Positions 11,530 to 23,474 of a stretch of 64,000 nucleotides of DNA are shown piece by piece. Both the position numbers and the translations under genes were made by a program. The stretch comes from Eledone cirrhosa. Lineage: Eukaryota. Below the pieces are notes generated by a model that worked only from the letters and a program-made list of their open reading frames with translations, did not search any database and was not told the origin of the DNA. Each line of letters begins with the position of its first letter. Positions within the stretch are counted from its first letter, which is position 1. The stretch is from the NCBI GenBank assembly GCA_964016885.1, contig OZ024746.1:53134001-53198000 (forward strand), given 5' to 3'.

Positions 11530-13705
11530 AGACGATGATTACAGTGATGATAGTGATTATTAGTGATGATGGTGATTATTACAGTGATGATGATGATTAG
11601 TGATGATGGTGATTATTACAGTGATGATGGTGATTATTACAGTGATGATGATGATTAGTGATGATGGTGATTATTACAGTGATGATGGTGATTATTACAG
11701 TGATGATGGTGATTATTATAGTAATGATGGTGATTATTACAGTGGTGATGGTGATTATTAGTGATGATGGTGATTATTACAGTGATGATGATGATTAGTG
11801 ATGATGGTGATTATTACAGTGATGATGATGATTAGTGATGAAGGTGATTATTACAGTGATGATGGTGATTATTACAGTGATGATGGTGATTATTATAGTA
11901 ATGATAGTGATTATTACAGTGATGATGGTGATTATTACAGTGATGATGGTGATTATTACAGTGATGATGGTGATTATTATAGTAATGATGGTGATTATTA
12001 CAGTGATGATGGTGATTATTAGTGATGATGGTGATTATTACAGTGATGATGGTGATTATTACAGTGATGATGGTGATTATTATAGTAATGATGGTGATTA
12101 TTACAGTGATGATGGTGATTATTACAGTGATGATGGTGATTATTACAGTGATGATGGTGATTATTATAGTAATGATGGTGATTATTACAGTGATGATGGT
12201 GATTATTAGTGATGATGGTGATTATTACAGTGATGATGATGATTAGTGATGATGGTGATTATTACAGTGATGATGGTGATTATTACAGTGATGATGATGA
12301 TTAGTGATGATGGTGATTATTACAGTGATGATGGTGATTATTACAGTGATGATGGTGATTATTATAGTAATGATGGTGATTATTACAGTGATGATGGTGA
12401 TTATTACAGTGATGATGATGATTATTAGTGATGATGGTGATTATTACAGTGATGATGATGATTAGTGATGATGGTGATTATTACAGTGATGATAGTGATT
12501 ATTACAGTGATGATGATGATTAGTGATGATGGTGATTATTACAGTGATGATGGTGATTATTACAGTGATGATGGTGATTATTATAGTAATGATGGTGATT
12601 ATTACAGTGATGATGGTGATTATTACAGTGACCATGATGATTAGTGATGATGGTGATTATTACAATGATGATGGTGATTATTAGTGATGATGGTGATTAT
12701 TACAGTGATGATGGTGATTATTACAGTGATGATGATGATTATTATAGTGATGATGGTGATTATTACAGTGATGATGATTATTATAGTGATGATGGTGATT
12801 ATTACAGTGATGATGGTGATTATTACAGTGATGATGGTGATGATTAGTGATGATGGTGATTATTACAGTGACCATGATGATTAGTGATGATGGTGATTAT
12901 TACAATGATGATGGTGATTATTAGTGATGATGGTGATTATTACAGTGATGATGGTGATTATTACAGTGATGATGATGATTATTATAGTGATGATGGTGAT
13001 TATTACAGTGATGATGATTATTATAGTGATGATGGTGATTATTACAGTGATGATGGTGATTATTACAGTGATGATGGTGATGATTAGTGATGATGGTGAT
13101 GATTAGTGATGATGGTGATTATTACAGTGATGATGGTGATTATTACAGTGATGATGATGATTAGTTATAATGGTGATTATTATAGTGATGATGGTGATTA
13201 TTACAGTGATGATGGTGATTATTATAGTGATGATGGTAATTATTACAGTGATGATGGCGATTATTACAGTGACATGATGATGATTAGTGATGATGGTGAT
13301 TATTACAGTGGTGATGGTGATTATTACAGTGATGATGGTGATTATTATAGTGATGATGGTGATGATTAGTAATGATGGTTATTATTATAGTGAGGGTGAT
13401 TATTACAGTGATGATGATGATGATGGTGATTATTACAGTAATGATGGTGATGATTACAGTGATGATGGTGATTATTACAGTGATGATGATGATGATTAGT
13501 GATGATGGTGATTATTACAGTAATGATGGTGATTATTACAGTGATGATGGTGATTATTATAGTAATGATGGTGATTATTACAGTGATGATGCTGATTATT
13601 ACAGTGATGATGCTGATTATTACAGTAATGATGGTGATTATTACAGTGATGATGGTGATTATGATTATTACAGTGATCATGGTTGATTATGATGATGATG
13701 ATATT
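11530..13705. repeat. ~2.2-kb intronic minisatellite, 21-bp unit GATGATGGTGATTATTACAGT with 16/19-bp variants
   Basis: Directly visible tandem array with an exact 240-bp higher-order duplication. Confidence 0.95.
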
Positions 13706-13765
13706 GATATGATACCAACAAAAACACATCAAAGGTTTATCAACTCCACGAAACAAATATTTTAC

Positions 13766-13952
13766 CTCTTTGCTTTTCAGAATATATGCTGATCTGATCT
13801 CTGGAAAACTGGCATTTTTATCTACCTCAAGGATATCATAGAGAGTACGTTTGGTAGAGAGGTATCTCAAATGGAGGAATCTCATCTCTGGAAAACTGGC
13901 ATTTTTATCTACCTTGAGGATATCATGCTCAGTATGTTTGGTATATAGGTAC
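13766..13952 (-). CDS. DNAJC4: DNAJC4-like exon: J-domain helices I-II (..TLYDILEVDKNASFPEIRSAYILKSKE) with internal 29-aa duplication
   Basis: Acceptor tttttttttctAG and donor GAG|GTAAAA. YDILEV..AS..EIRSAY is the canonical J-domain start. Phase 2 in, phase 0 out. Confidence 0.88.
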
Positions 13953-14585
13953 CTAGAAAAAAAAATAAACCAGATTTGGTTAAAGGATAACAGTAATAAT
14001 TGATTTTGCAGTTCTAGATACACAGTATTACATCATCATCATCATTTAATGTCCATCTTCCACGCTAACATGGGTAGGATGGGCTGTCCCTGTGTGAGAG
14101 ATCAGGTCGGGGGACCATGATTTGCTCCCACAGAACTGATTTTGGCTTGGTTTCTACATCTGGATGCCCTTCCTAAATCCAACCACATTTACAGTGTGTG
14201 CTGGGTGCTTTTTACCATGTAGCCTCCACGACCACAGTCTGGACTGGGTGCTCACTTTTGTCATAACACCTACACAACCACTTTACAGTGTGGACTGGGT
14301 GTTTTTTGTCGTGACACCTACACAACCAGTTTACAGTGTGGACTGGGCACTCGCTTTTGTCATGAGACCTACATGACCACTATAGTGTGGGCTGGGCTCT
14401 TTTGTTGTGGCTCCAGTGGGGATCACTTTATAGAGGAGGTTAGAAACTTGGGAGGGCAGGGGAAGATGCTTTGGGAAATTGGGGATGTTGGTATAAGGGA
14501 GGTTTATGGGAGGGGAAATGGTGTTGCCTACATAAACAAAATTTTATTGCTAGAAAACATTGCTAGAAGCATCATCACCATCATC

Positions 14586-15205
14586 GTTTAGCATTTTCTC
14601 AGCTAGCAATTGTTGCACATGTCATCATTGACTGGTCAGTACTTGAACAGAGCCACTGACCTCCAGGTGTGCTGGAGACTCTGATATATAATCTTGCACT
14701 CTACCAAGTACATTTTATCATGACACCAACACAAGAGACATTTTCATGTTAACAAAGCTGAAGAGTCTGACCAACCCTTTGTTGTAAAAAATTCAGACCA
14801 GACCTGTGGTCCATACAACATCATGACAGTGATGAAAAGCAGGTTTACTTGATACACAGTCCAATCCAATCCAATCCAGGGCCTTCTCATTTCTGTTGGA
14901 GGAACCCCTCCCTGATTGACCTCCTCCATTTTCTGTTCGGTTTTGCTCATCTCAGGGGTGTAGCCGCACTCACAACACTTAGCCATTTGCGGGTTCGTGA
15001 GGCTATTTAATTCATAGTTGGAGTGAATAGTCGTTGACTCTGAGTTGATCCACTCTTAACAGCTCTTCTTTTTTGTGCTGCTAGGGTGCCACTTACCCTC
15101 CTCACATGACCAGGGTCTGGTGGGGAATCAATTTAGTCACCAACCACTTAACCATAAAGCAGATTGTACTGGATTACATGGGACCAGTAGCAGGCAAAAG
15201 CCTAA
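14586..15205 (-). mobile_element. Old, internally deleted RTE-like element (5'UTR-like head plus 3' end)
   Basis: Ends in ...aaatgctaaacgatgatggtgatgatg like the other RTE-related tails; internal homology is weak. Confidence 0.35.
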
Positions 15206-15417
15206 CTTAATGATACACAGTATGTAGCATTAAAAAGCATAGTTTTAATACATTGTCTGAAACTTATCCATGTCAAGTTTTTCTATAGTTGAACTTTGGG
15301 CTGCTTCAGTAGGTTTGGTATCAAAAGGGTTAAATCTGAAGATGTGTACATCTGATATTGATACTAAGGGATCAGAAAAAAATTAGAGCAGCTGTTAATA
15401 TAGGAAGAATCACTCAC

Positions 15418-15500
15418 CAAGAAGATGTGTATGAGAAACATGATGGACGTTGGACAAATGTAGTTAGCAGTCTGGAGACAGGAGCCTTGATCATATGCAT
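15418..15500 (-). CDS. DNAJC4: DnaJ (DNAJC4/DnaJ-60-like) co-chaperone, first coding exon (MHMIKAPVSRLLTTFVQRPSCFSYTSS-W); possible mitochondrial targeting peptide
   Basis: Acceptor ...cctcattacAG gives exon start 15523; ATG at 15500-15498; donor TG|GTGAGT at 15417. Phase 2 matches the next exon. Peptide is S/R/L-rich with no acidic residues. Confidence 0.65.
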
Positions 15501-17026
15501 CTCTCAATCATGTTATATGACAGCTGTAATGAGGCAAACAGAACAATAAATGACTACAGTTTGTTAATCATTTTAATATCAAACCATTTACATTGTCAAA
15601 TGATAGATCTAGTTAGAACGGGAGCAATATACGTAAGATTTACATTGAGGCTGTTGTACAACAAAAAAATAAGCATTTTATGACTATTTTCCCAGCTAAA
15701 GCAGGGGTTAGCCTTGTGGACCCACATGGTAGGCTTCATACACATCATGAGGTCCTTTGTGTTTTACAGCCGGATGCCTTTCTTGGTGCTAACCCTTTTA
15801 GTCACCTCTTACAACTTATAATCCTAAGTTACAATGAATTCCTAAGTTACAATGAATGTGCACTGCACTAACAACATTTATCTTACAGTGGCCTATATAT
15901 ATATATAGCATCATCATCATCATCACCATTTTACATCCATTCTTCCACATTACCATAGGTTAGACGGGTTGTCCTGTTGTGGGCAACGCCAAGTCAGGTG
16001 ACCATGTCTTGCTCATACTGGAACTGATTTTGGCTTGATTTCTAAAGCTGGATGCCCTTCCTAACATAAACCTCATTTACAGTGAGTACTGGGTACTTTT
16101 TTTACCGTGGCACCTACACGACCACTTTACAGTGTGGACTGGGTGCTTATATATATCTAAAGCTCACTATCTGTCTCCCCCTCTAACCCCACTTTAACCA
16201 CCAACATCAACACCAGATGCATGGATCTTTAAAAGCTTATATAGTTGAACATCACTTCAGCAAAGGATTCCAAATCTACAACTTTTTTTACTTTTATTTC
16301 TAAATCAAGTTTTTCAGTCAACTATAAATTTTAGTGTTAATATTTCCAGTAATACCCGAATACTCATTTTATAAACTATGCTATAACGACAGTGTACTGT
16401 ATCAGAGGATCTCAAAGCACTCACATCGACCTTGGATGAGATAGGTGGTTTCTGAAGACACTTTGGGAGGGAAGATTGAATGGCACCTTTCTGCACAGCA
16501 GTGCATGATATGAGAGATAGCAAGAAGAGTGAAAAGAAAGAGTAATTTTGAAATATGTTAGGTCCCGCTTATGTATGATGACATAGTTAATTATGTGCCA
16601 ATCTTTGGATCTAGAATGCATCCATGTTGAGTTATGGTTTGCAGGTTGTTGAAAAAAGCTATTAGTGATGCTAATATCAAATTCCTTGCAGAGGGAAAGA
16701 AGCCTAAGCCCATTTGACTTTATAGTTCCAATTCCATTAAACTCAAGTACGTCATGTCATATTTCATAGTGATTTCCAACTCTAACATTGAAATCTCCCA
16801 CTATGATGAGCTTATTTTTGTAGGGAACTGTGGAGACCACTGTGTGAAGCTGGTCATAAAATGTTACAATATTCTGCTCAGATGAATAGAAAGTTGGAGT
16901 GTAACAACTCATTAGAACCGAAGTGTTGTTTGCTAGATCCAGAGAAAGAGGGATGTTAGGGATCTAGCTATGTCAGATCTAATGATAAAACCAATACCAA
17001 ATTGGTATAGCAACTACTCTTGAAAA

Positions 17027-17887
17027 TTGACAAAATTTGGCATTGTGATGTTATCAAGTACCAGCAGAAAAGGGTTTAGCATGAAAGGACATTCATGCTC
17101 ACATGGTTGCTACATTAGAACACAACAAAAGCTTAATCAACAGTGTAAAAGTGGGCAACTGAATTTAGGAGACAAAGGGAAAGTCTTGAAGATGACTCAA
17201 GGACTGGACGTCCTGCACCAGTAACCACTGAGGAAAACATGGTGTTTACCACATAGTAATAGATGACAGGTGATCGACCATAACTCAAATAGCCAATGCT
17301 ATTAGCATATCCTGTGAGAGAATTAAGAATATTCTGCACAATGAATTTGGCATGATGAAAGTTTCTGCTTGGTGGGTATTACATCTTCTGACACACAATC
17401 AAAAGTACACTAGGTTAACCACATCACTGGAAAATCTGACATTGTTTGAAGCAGATCTAGCTGGTTTTATCACTTTGAGCCAGAGACAAAAAGATAATCC
17501 ATGCAGTGGAAAACTCCCTCTTCACCTGCTCCAAAAAAGGCTAAGGTCATTTCATCTGCAGGGAAGGTGATGGCCTCAGTTATTTGGGATGCAAAAGGTA
17601 TTGGGTTTATTGACTATCTTCAAAAGGGCCACACCATCAATGGAAAGTACTATGCCAACTTGCTGAGGCAGTTACGAAAAGTTATCAAGACCAAACACCC
17701 AAGAAATCTGATTAAAAGGGTCTTGTTTTATCTGGACAATGCACCAGTAGACAAGTCCTTGGTTTCAATGGTTCCTGTATGTAAGTGTAGCTTTCAACTG
17801 GTTGATCACCCTCCTATTCTCCTGATTTGGCTCCATCTGACTATCATCTGTTTCCCAACATGAATAAAAAAAAATGGCTGGGGACCA
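17027..17887 (+). pseudogene. Mariner transposase, decayed and truncated
   Basis: MQWKTPSSPAPKKAKVISSAGKVMASVIWDAKGI.FIDYLQKGHTINGKYYANLL..LFYLDNAP; N-terminal HTH remnants with frameshifts; cut off at ~17887. Confidence 0.9.
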
Positions 17888-17890
17888 TTA

Positions 17891-18655
17891 GAGAGAGATA
17901 TACAGTGCGTTATCAATAAAACAGGGAAAAAAACCACCAGTGTATGGAATCTATAACCTATGAAAGGCAGACTATAGACACGATAATTAAAAATATAAAT
18001 TAAAGCGTAAATAAATACCTCTATAACTATATAACACACATACAAATCCAAAGATACTATATTTTTAGCGAGGGCCTATGCCTCCGTTAATTTATCGTGA
18101 TATTTCGCTCCTAATGACAGTCTTTCCTATCTCTGTTTGGTTGAGCACACTTCTCTGAGTGGCTTTGGGCTGCCCTTTCTAGCAGTTCGTCCCTCAGAGA
18201 CCACTGGTTCACTGCCCTGAAACACGCTGTGACTTCTCTCTCCAACGTGTAGCTGGACAGTCAATTTTAAAATTCTCTTAGTGTTGTCTGAAATGTATAG
18301 CCTTACACACGCTGATGAACCAAGGCTAACCCATTTCTTTCAACAAATTACTGGTGAAACATATCTTTGGATTAGTATCTTTGGATTTGTACGTGTGTTA
18401 TATAGTTATAGAGGTATTTATTTACGCTTTAATTTATATTTTTAATTATTGTGTCTATAGTCTGCCTTTCATAGGTTATAGATTCCATACACTGGTGGTT
18501 TTTTTCCCCTATTTTATTGATAACGCACTGTATATCTCTCTCTGGTGTGTTACCTTTTCAACATATTGTATTTTAAAGAGCTCAGGATTTCTTCTCCTTT
18601 GAGCACATTATTTACATGGAATAGCTAGGGCCTATGCCTCCGTTAATTTATCGTT
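17891..18655 (+). mobile_element. Non-autonomous Penelope-like/retrozyme element with hammerhead, inverted 5' copy and short direct repeat
   Basis: 17891-18058 is the near-perfect reverse complement of 18374-18542. agggcctatgcctccgttaatttatcgt occurs at 18071 and 18627 (556-bp period). Ends in (TA)n and abuts a truncated mariner. Confidence 0.65.
18305..18398 (+). ncRNA. Type I hammerhead ribozyme
   Basis: Stem I acacacg/cgtgtgt (7 bp); CTGATGA 18312-18318; stem II acca/tggt with a 29-nt loop; GAAA 18356-18359; stem III ACAtATC/GATtTGT; cleavage triplet GTA 18389-18391. Confidence 0.8.
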
Positions 18656-18744
18656 ATATATATATATACATATATATATATAAAAACAAGATGGCGTAGG
18701 ACAGAACAAAGGAGAGGCACAAAAAACAAAGAAAAGAACCCCCA

Positions 18745-18787
18745 GTCACTGAAGAGGTCACAGAATGTGTGACGAAAGAACTTTGAC
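18745..18787 (+). ncRNA. Minimal hammerhead-like motif (probably degenerate)
   Basis: gtca-CTGAAGA-g-gtcaca-gaatg-tgtgac-GAAA-gaac-TT-tgac: 4-bp stem I, 6-bp stem II, very short stem III. Confidence 0.45.
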
Positions 18788-19621
18788 AATATATATAAAC
18801 AACCATCTGGTTGTGGAACCAACCAACCAACCGGAAATTTATAAATTGCTACATTTATAAATTTATTATAATAAATTGAAGTGAAAGCATCTGGTGTGTG
18901 TGTTTCTTATTGGCAACATGACCCTCCCAAAGTATAACAATATCGGTTTCAACACACGTTTTCAGATAAAGAATCTTGCTAAACAAATTCAGAAACGAAA
19001 TATATATACATACATATATATATATATATAGTTTTCCAATGTATGTCCTGGTATACAGAAATAATAAAGCATATATATATATATATGTCTGTGTATAATG
19101 TGTTCACGGTTCGTGGACGTGGAAGACAGCAAGTACCCGATACAAGTTTAAGCGTGGAATAGATAGTTCGAACCGGGCCTGTCTATGAGCGTGCCGAAAT
19201 GGCGTAAAGGGCCCTCTGTTGGATAGGTTATATACCGTGTGTGTGTTGTGTGTATGTGTATGTAGAAATATAATATATATATAAATATGTGTGCGCGTGT
19301 GTATATATAGAGAGAAATGTGTGCGTGTGTTTGAGCGGAGTATTCCAAAATACGGTGAGGTGAATAGTAAGAGATATTTAAATTCCTTCCGAAAAGTTCT
19401 ATTGTCAATGATATACGTAAGGGAGCCTCAAACAATAATATTAGTCTGCTTATGTAACATTGCAGTTTGACACACATTTTTAAAAAAATTCCTGTGCACT
19501 TTTAAGAGTCAAACAACAGAGGTTATATAGATGCATTTCTTGAAGTTAACATTTTATCTTTTAAAATATATATTCACAAATACCAACCAGAATACCAACA
19601 ACAAATACTTGTATTACTTAC

Positions 19622-19712
19622 ATGTAATGTTACACGGCAACAAGGAAGTAAACGAGAACAAACGTTCAGACGAGGAAAACATGCCGTATTCCGGCCATGT
19701 TTGGTGCCGATG
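19622..19712 (-). promoter_or_regulatory. Candidate non-coding first exon / TSS region of the DNAJC4-like gene
   Basis: Locally CpG-rich non-repetitive patch with a YY1-like AACATGGCCG and a consensus donor CAT|GTAAGT at 19621. The first coding exon has an acceptor, so an upstream exon is required. Confidence 0.5.
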
Positions 19713-20859
19713 AGTGATGAATTACCTCCCTTGCAATAAATTATTCGTACACAGTTAGCTCCCTTTCGCATATTTGACTTTTTAAAAGTACATTCCATGA
19801 AATGTGTAATGTATGTGCTTGAATGTGTGTGTGTTTTATTATTTTATGGTTTTATTATTTTCAAGGTTAACTTTGCTTTTCATCCATACGTAGTCGATAA
19901 AATGAAGTACCAGTAATGCACTGGAGTAATTGCTGGCCTTGTGCCAAAAGTAGAAACAATTATTTTATTGGCAGTATCGTTAGAGAGTCGGACGCCATGC
20001 TTTGTAGCATAGAGTTACGCCCCTTTACGGTCTGAGTTCAAATCATGCCGAGGTTAACTTTGCCTTTCATGCTTACGGGGTCGACAAAATAAAGTACCAG
20101 TAATACACTGGGATAATTGCTGTCCTTGTGCCAAAAGTAGAAACAATTATTTTATAAATTTAAAGGGCAGCGTCTGATAACATACTTCGCAGCATAGAGT
20201 TACAGCCCTTTACGTTCTGAGTTCAAATCCCTCCGAGGTTAGTTTTGCCTTTCATCCTTACAGGGTAGATAAAATAAAGCACCAGTAATACACTGGGGTT
20301 GATTTAATCGACCCCCCTCCCCCCTACCTTCAAATTTCTGGTCTTGTGCCTAAAGTAGAAACAATTATTTTATAAATGTTCACCAATATAGAGAGAGTGA
20401 ACCTGTTTCGAACATAAAAACAAGACTCTTTCATTGGAAATCAGACATCAACTATGTAAATTTTGAAATTCTATTTATGGAATATATCATTTAAATACAG
20501 TTTAATATATCATGTAAATACAGTTTTAAAAAAAAAAAAATTTAGATTGAGAAGAATGGGATGTAAAATAGAAAAATATAAAGAAAAAAGAAAAAAGGGC
20601 ATGGCAAGGACTCTAGTTTTACAGGTGTATGGGGAGGGGCTTAAGGCGTGGTGGTAAAGGGGCTGAATCTAATGGACAAGACCATGTGTTTGTATGTGTG
20701 TGTGCAGGTATGGTTGCTATTGCCTATGAGGATCTGTATCTTTTGAGTTATATTCATGCATATGTTTCTATATCTATGCTTGTGTGTAGACAGTTATTAC
20801 AGTATTTCTTTATGCTCTCAGTTTCAATATATTCCTCCCTATGTGATTTTTTAAAATTT

Positions 20860-22770
20860 CCTCTTCCATAATGCATTCCAGATCGTTCTAGCTATCACAT
20901 CATACCTAATGAGGAGGTAGTAACACGAAGACATTCTTTCACATTTGGCAGTAATGTGGTTAACATCTTCAATCTTCATTTTGCCTACATTTAGTGTCAA
21001 CTGATAGCCTTCCTCTTTTGTGCAGTAGGTAGTTGTTCATGATTTCTTGTTCCTGGATTGCATGGAAATATCCTTCGAGGTGGAATTTTAGGAACTTGCC
21101 AGAACTCCATGTCAGGCTTATCCCCCTCTATGGTCTATGTTTTTCATCTCAAGTGCCTATGTACAACCTTCTCAGTGAATTGGTCCATTTTTTCTTATTT
21201 TGTTCGTGCATTGAGTAGAGTCTTCCACTGTTCCTCGGAGAGAGATTTGTATCAGGTTTTATTTCATGTCTCTCTTCTAGATTTGTGGCTATCCTAACAA
21301 TATTATTATTTTTGTGGTCATAAACCTGCGCAAAAAGGTTGCTGACCTTTTTCTTCTGTTGAAGATGTAGCTTCAGTGTTATTATCCAGGTCTCATATAA
21401 TGGATTTTATTATGGATTTTAGGCCCCTGCCACCCTTCTAGCATGAGAAATATAGCCTATCCATATCACCATTGATGTTAAAGTTTCCAGCAGAGCAGCT
21501 CGTGAGTCCTTATATCCATCTTGCTCAGTTCTTGCAATGACTAGTTCAGCAGGCCAAATGTTGGTGTTAGGATGGGCACAACAAAAGTATTATTGGCAAT
21601 GTGCTTGTATGCTGAGAGTTCTAATGACCATATTAATTCCTGGTCCTCTTCCTATTTATGAGACAATCTCATCCTGTCCAAGACACCTGAAGTTGTTACC
21701 TGACTACAGAGGATGTATTGACAAGTTGTTCATTTTTAGGTTTTCAGAGAAGGGCACAACTTTTTCACATTCCATTCCAATATCTGTAGAAAATTAGGTA
21801 ATGATGTGTTTGATATTTGGCCCATACAATTTCAGGTCATCGACAAAGAAAAGGTGGTAGATACTTCTGGATCCTTTTGTATGGCTACTATGTTTTGTGA
21901 ACAGGTATGATAGTGGATTTAATGAAAAGACACAGAGCAGCAACAAGCTATCACCCTGAAAGATGCCCTTTTGACAGTGAATACTATCAGACACAATCTG
22001 CTCCTTATTATCCTTAAGGAGCAAAGTGGTGTACCAAGTCTTTGTTAGGCATTTGATAGCAGCTACTAGTGGTTTCAGGAATTTGGCTAACTGCAAAGCC
22101 TTGATAATCCACTCATGTGGTATACTATAACACTCCTTCTGTGTAAACCAGCCACCCGGCAGTCAAGTTCCTGCGATTATTTATTCATTTTTATTCTTGG
22201 ATCACTTTTTTAATTAGTAGCTGCTCTATACAACCAAACACCGGCTTTTCCCCACCACCTTGCGCAGGTGTTATAATGTTGTTAGTGGCACAATGATTCT
22301 ACAAGAACAGACTGAGGCATCCAGTGTATAATTTGTACATGGTGGTCTGGCAGGCTACTAAATGGTAATTTTTAACAAAGGTGGTTTGGTTATTTTGAGG
22401 GATGAGGAGAGGAGTGGCAATTGATAAACATTCGGGCATTTCTTATGTGCCCTTGATACTTTCTTCATATAACCACCAACATACTTCTTGCCAAAAAAAG
22501 GTGTATTACTTCAACCACTAACCTGTTTTGAGGTTTGGGTCTGGGTCTGGGCCTGGGGATTACCTGTTTGTCATTTACTGTAGAGCTGTTTCCAGTATTG
22601 CGCTGTCTATTTCATATTACTTTTACTGGACATGTCCTATTTCTTTTTGCCATACAGCTTGTTTGTTGAATTGACCATTTGTTTCCCATACAGATCTCCA
22701 GTAGCTCTCAACCTGATCTTTTGTCGGGGCATCTTTTACAGAGATTGAGCCTTTCGTATTGAAGCTATGA
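20860..22770 (-). mobile_element. Decayed R4/Dong-like non-LTR retrotransposon (RT region)
   Basis: KGIFQGDSL..LNPLSYL and HLFFVDDLKLYG motifs at 21794-22096; many stops and frameshifts; boundaries approximate. Confidence 0.72.
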
Positions 22771-22814
22771 TAGACTGATCAATATTATCAGCTTATAAAT
22801 GGCATATATATATA

Positions 22815-23474
22815 TATTTGACTGTAGAAGTCACAGTGATAGACACATTTTTCAAATGCAGGTAGGATATATTGAGGTGGTTGATAGCTTCCGATACCTA
22901 GGTGATCAGATTAGCAAGGGAGAAGCATGCTCCGAGGCCATAATATCTAGAATAAGGACAGGTTGGAAGAAGTTTAGGGAGCTGCTTCCTCTATTGACAA
23001 AGAAGGGTTTCTCCCTATGAACAAAGGCCCGGTTATATGATGCCTGTGTGAGATGTGCGATGCTGCATGGTAGTAAGACATGGTAGTAAGGAGGATATGT
23101 GATAGCTGGAGATAAATGAAGAAAGCATGCTCCATTGGATGTGTAATGTGAATGTACGTGAATGACCGATCATAGACGAGTTGAGAGAGAAACTGTGTAT
23201 AAGAGGAATAAACTGTAGTGTGCGGGAGAGAAGACTGCATTGGCATGGACATGTGATGTGCATGGAGGATGACCACTGGGTAAAGAACTGCCAAGAAATC
23301 CCAGTGGAAGGAAGACGCAGTAGAAGAAGACAATGAAAATCATGGATGGAGGTGGTGAGAGCTGACCTCAGATCGCTGAAGCTCACGAATGACTGTGACG
23401 AATGGAGAGATACTGTGCTGAATAGGACCCTTGCAAGCAAGGAAAAGAGGACGTAAAATGATGATGATGATGAT
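22815..23474 (+). mobile_element. RTE-clade LINE 3' fragment, same family as 547-1762
   Basis: Aligns by eye to 1115-1762 (IEVVDSFRYLGDQIS..TGWKKFRELLPLLTKKGFSL); stops present; (ATG)n tail. Confidence 0.88.

Noticed and set aside
11530-13705. CRISPR-like array (also the 9656-9870 and 62830-64000 repeats)
   Set aside because: Head-to-tail repeats without unique spacers, no cas genes, eukaryotic context.
11798-13792. (SDDGDYY)n / (MMVIITV)n ORFs resembling an acidic Tyr-rich structural protein
   Set aside because: 16- and 19-bp variant units repeatedly shift the frame and introduce stops, and the array lies in an intron of the opposite-strand gene.
16425-16490. Possible 66-nt minus-strand 5'UTR cassette exon (tgcAG ... 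GAT|GTGAGT)
   Set aside because: Splice signals only; no homology or transcript evidence.
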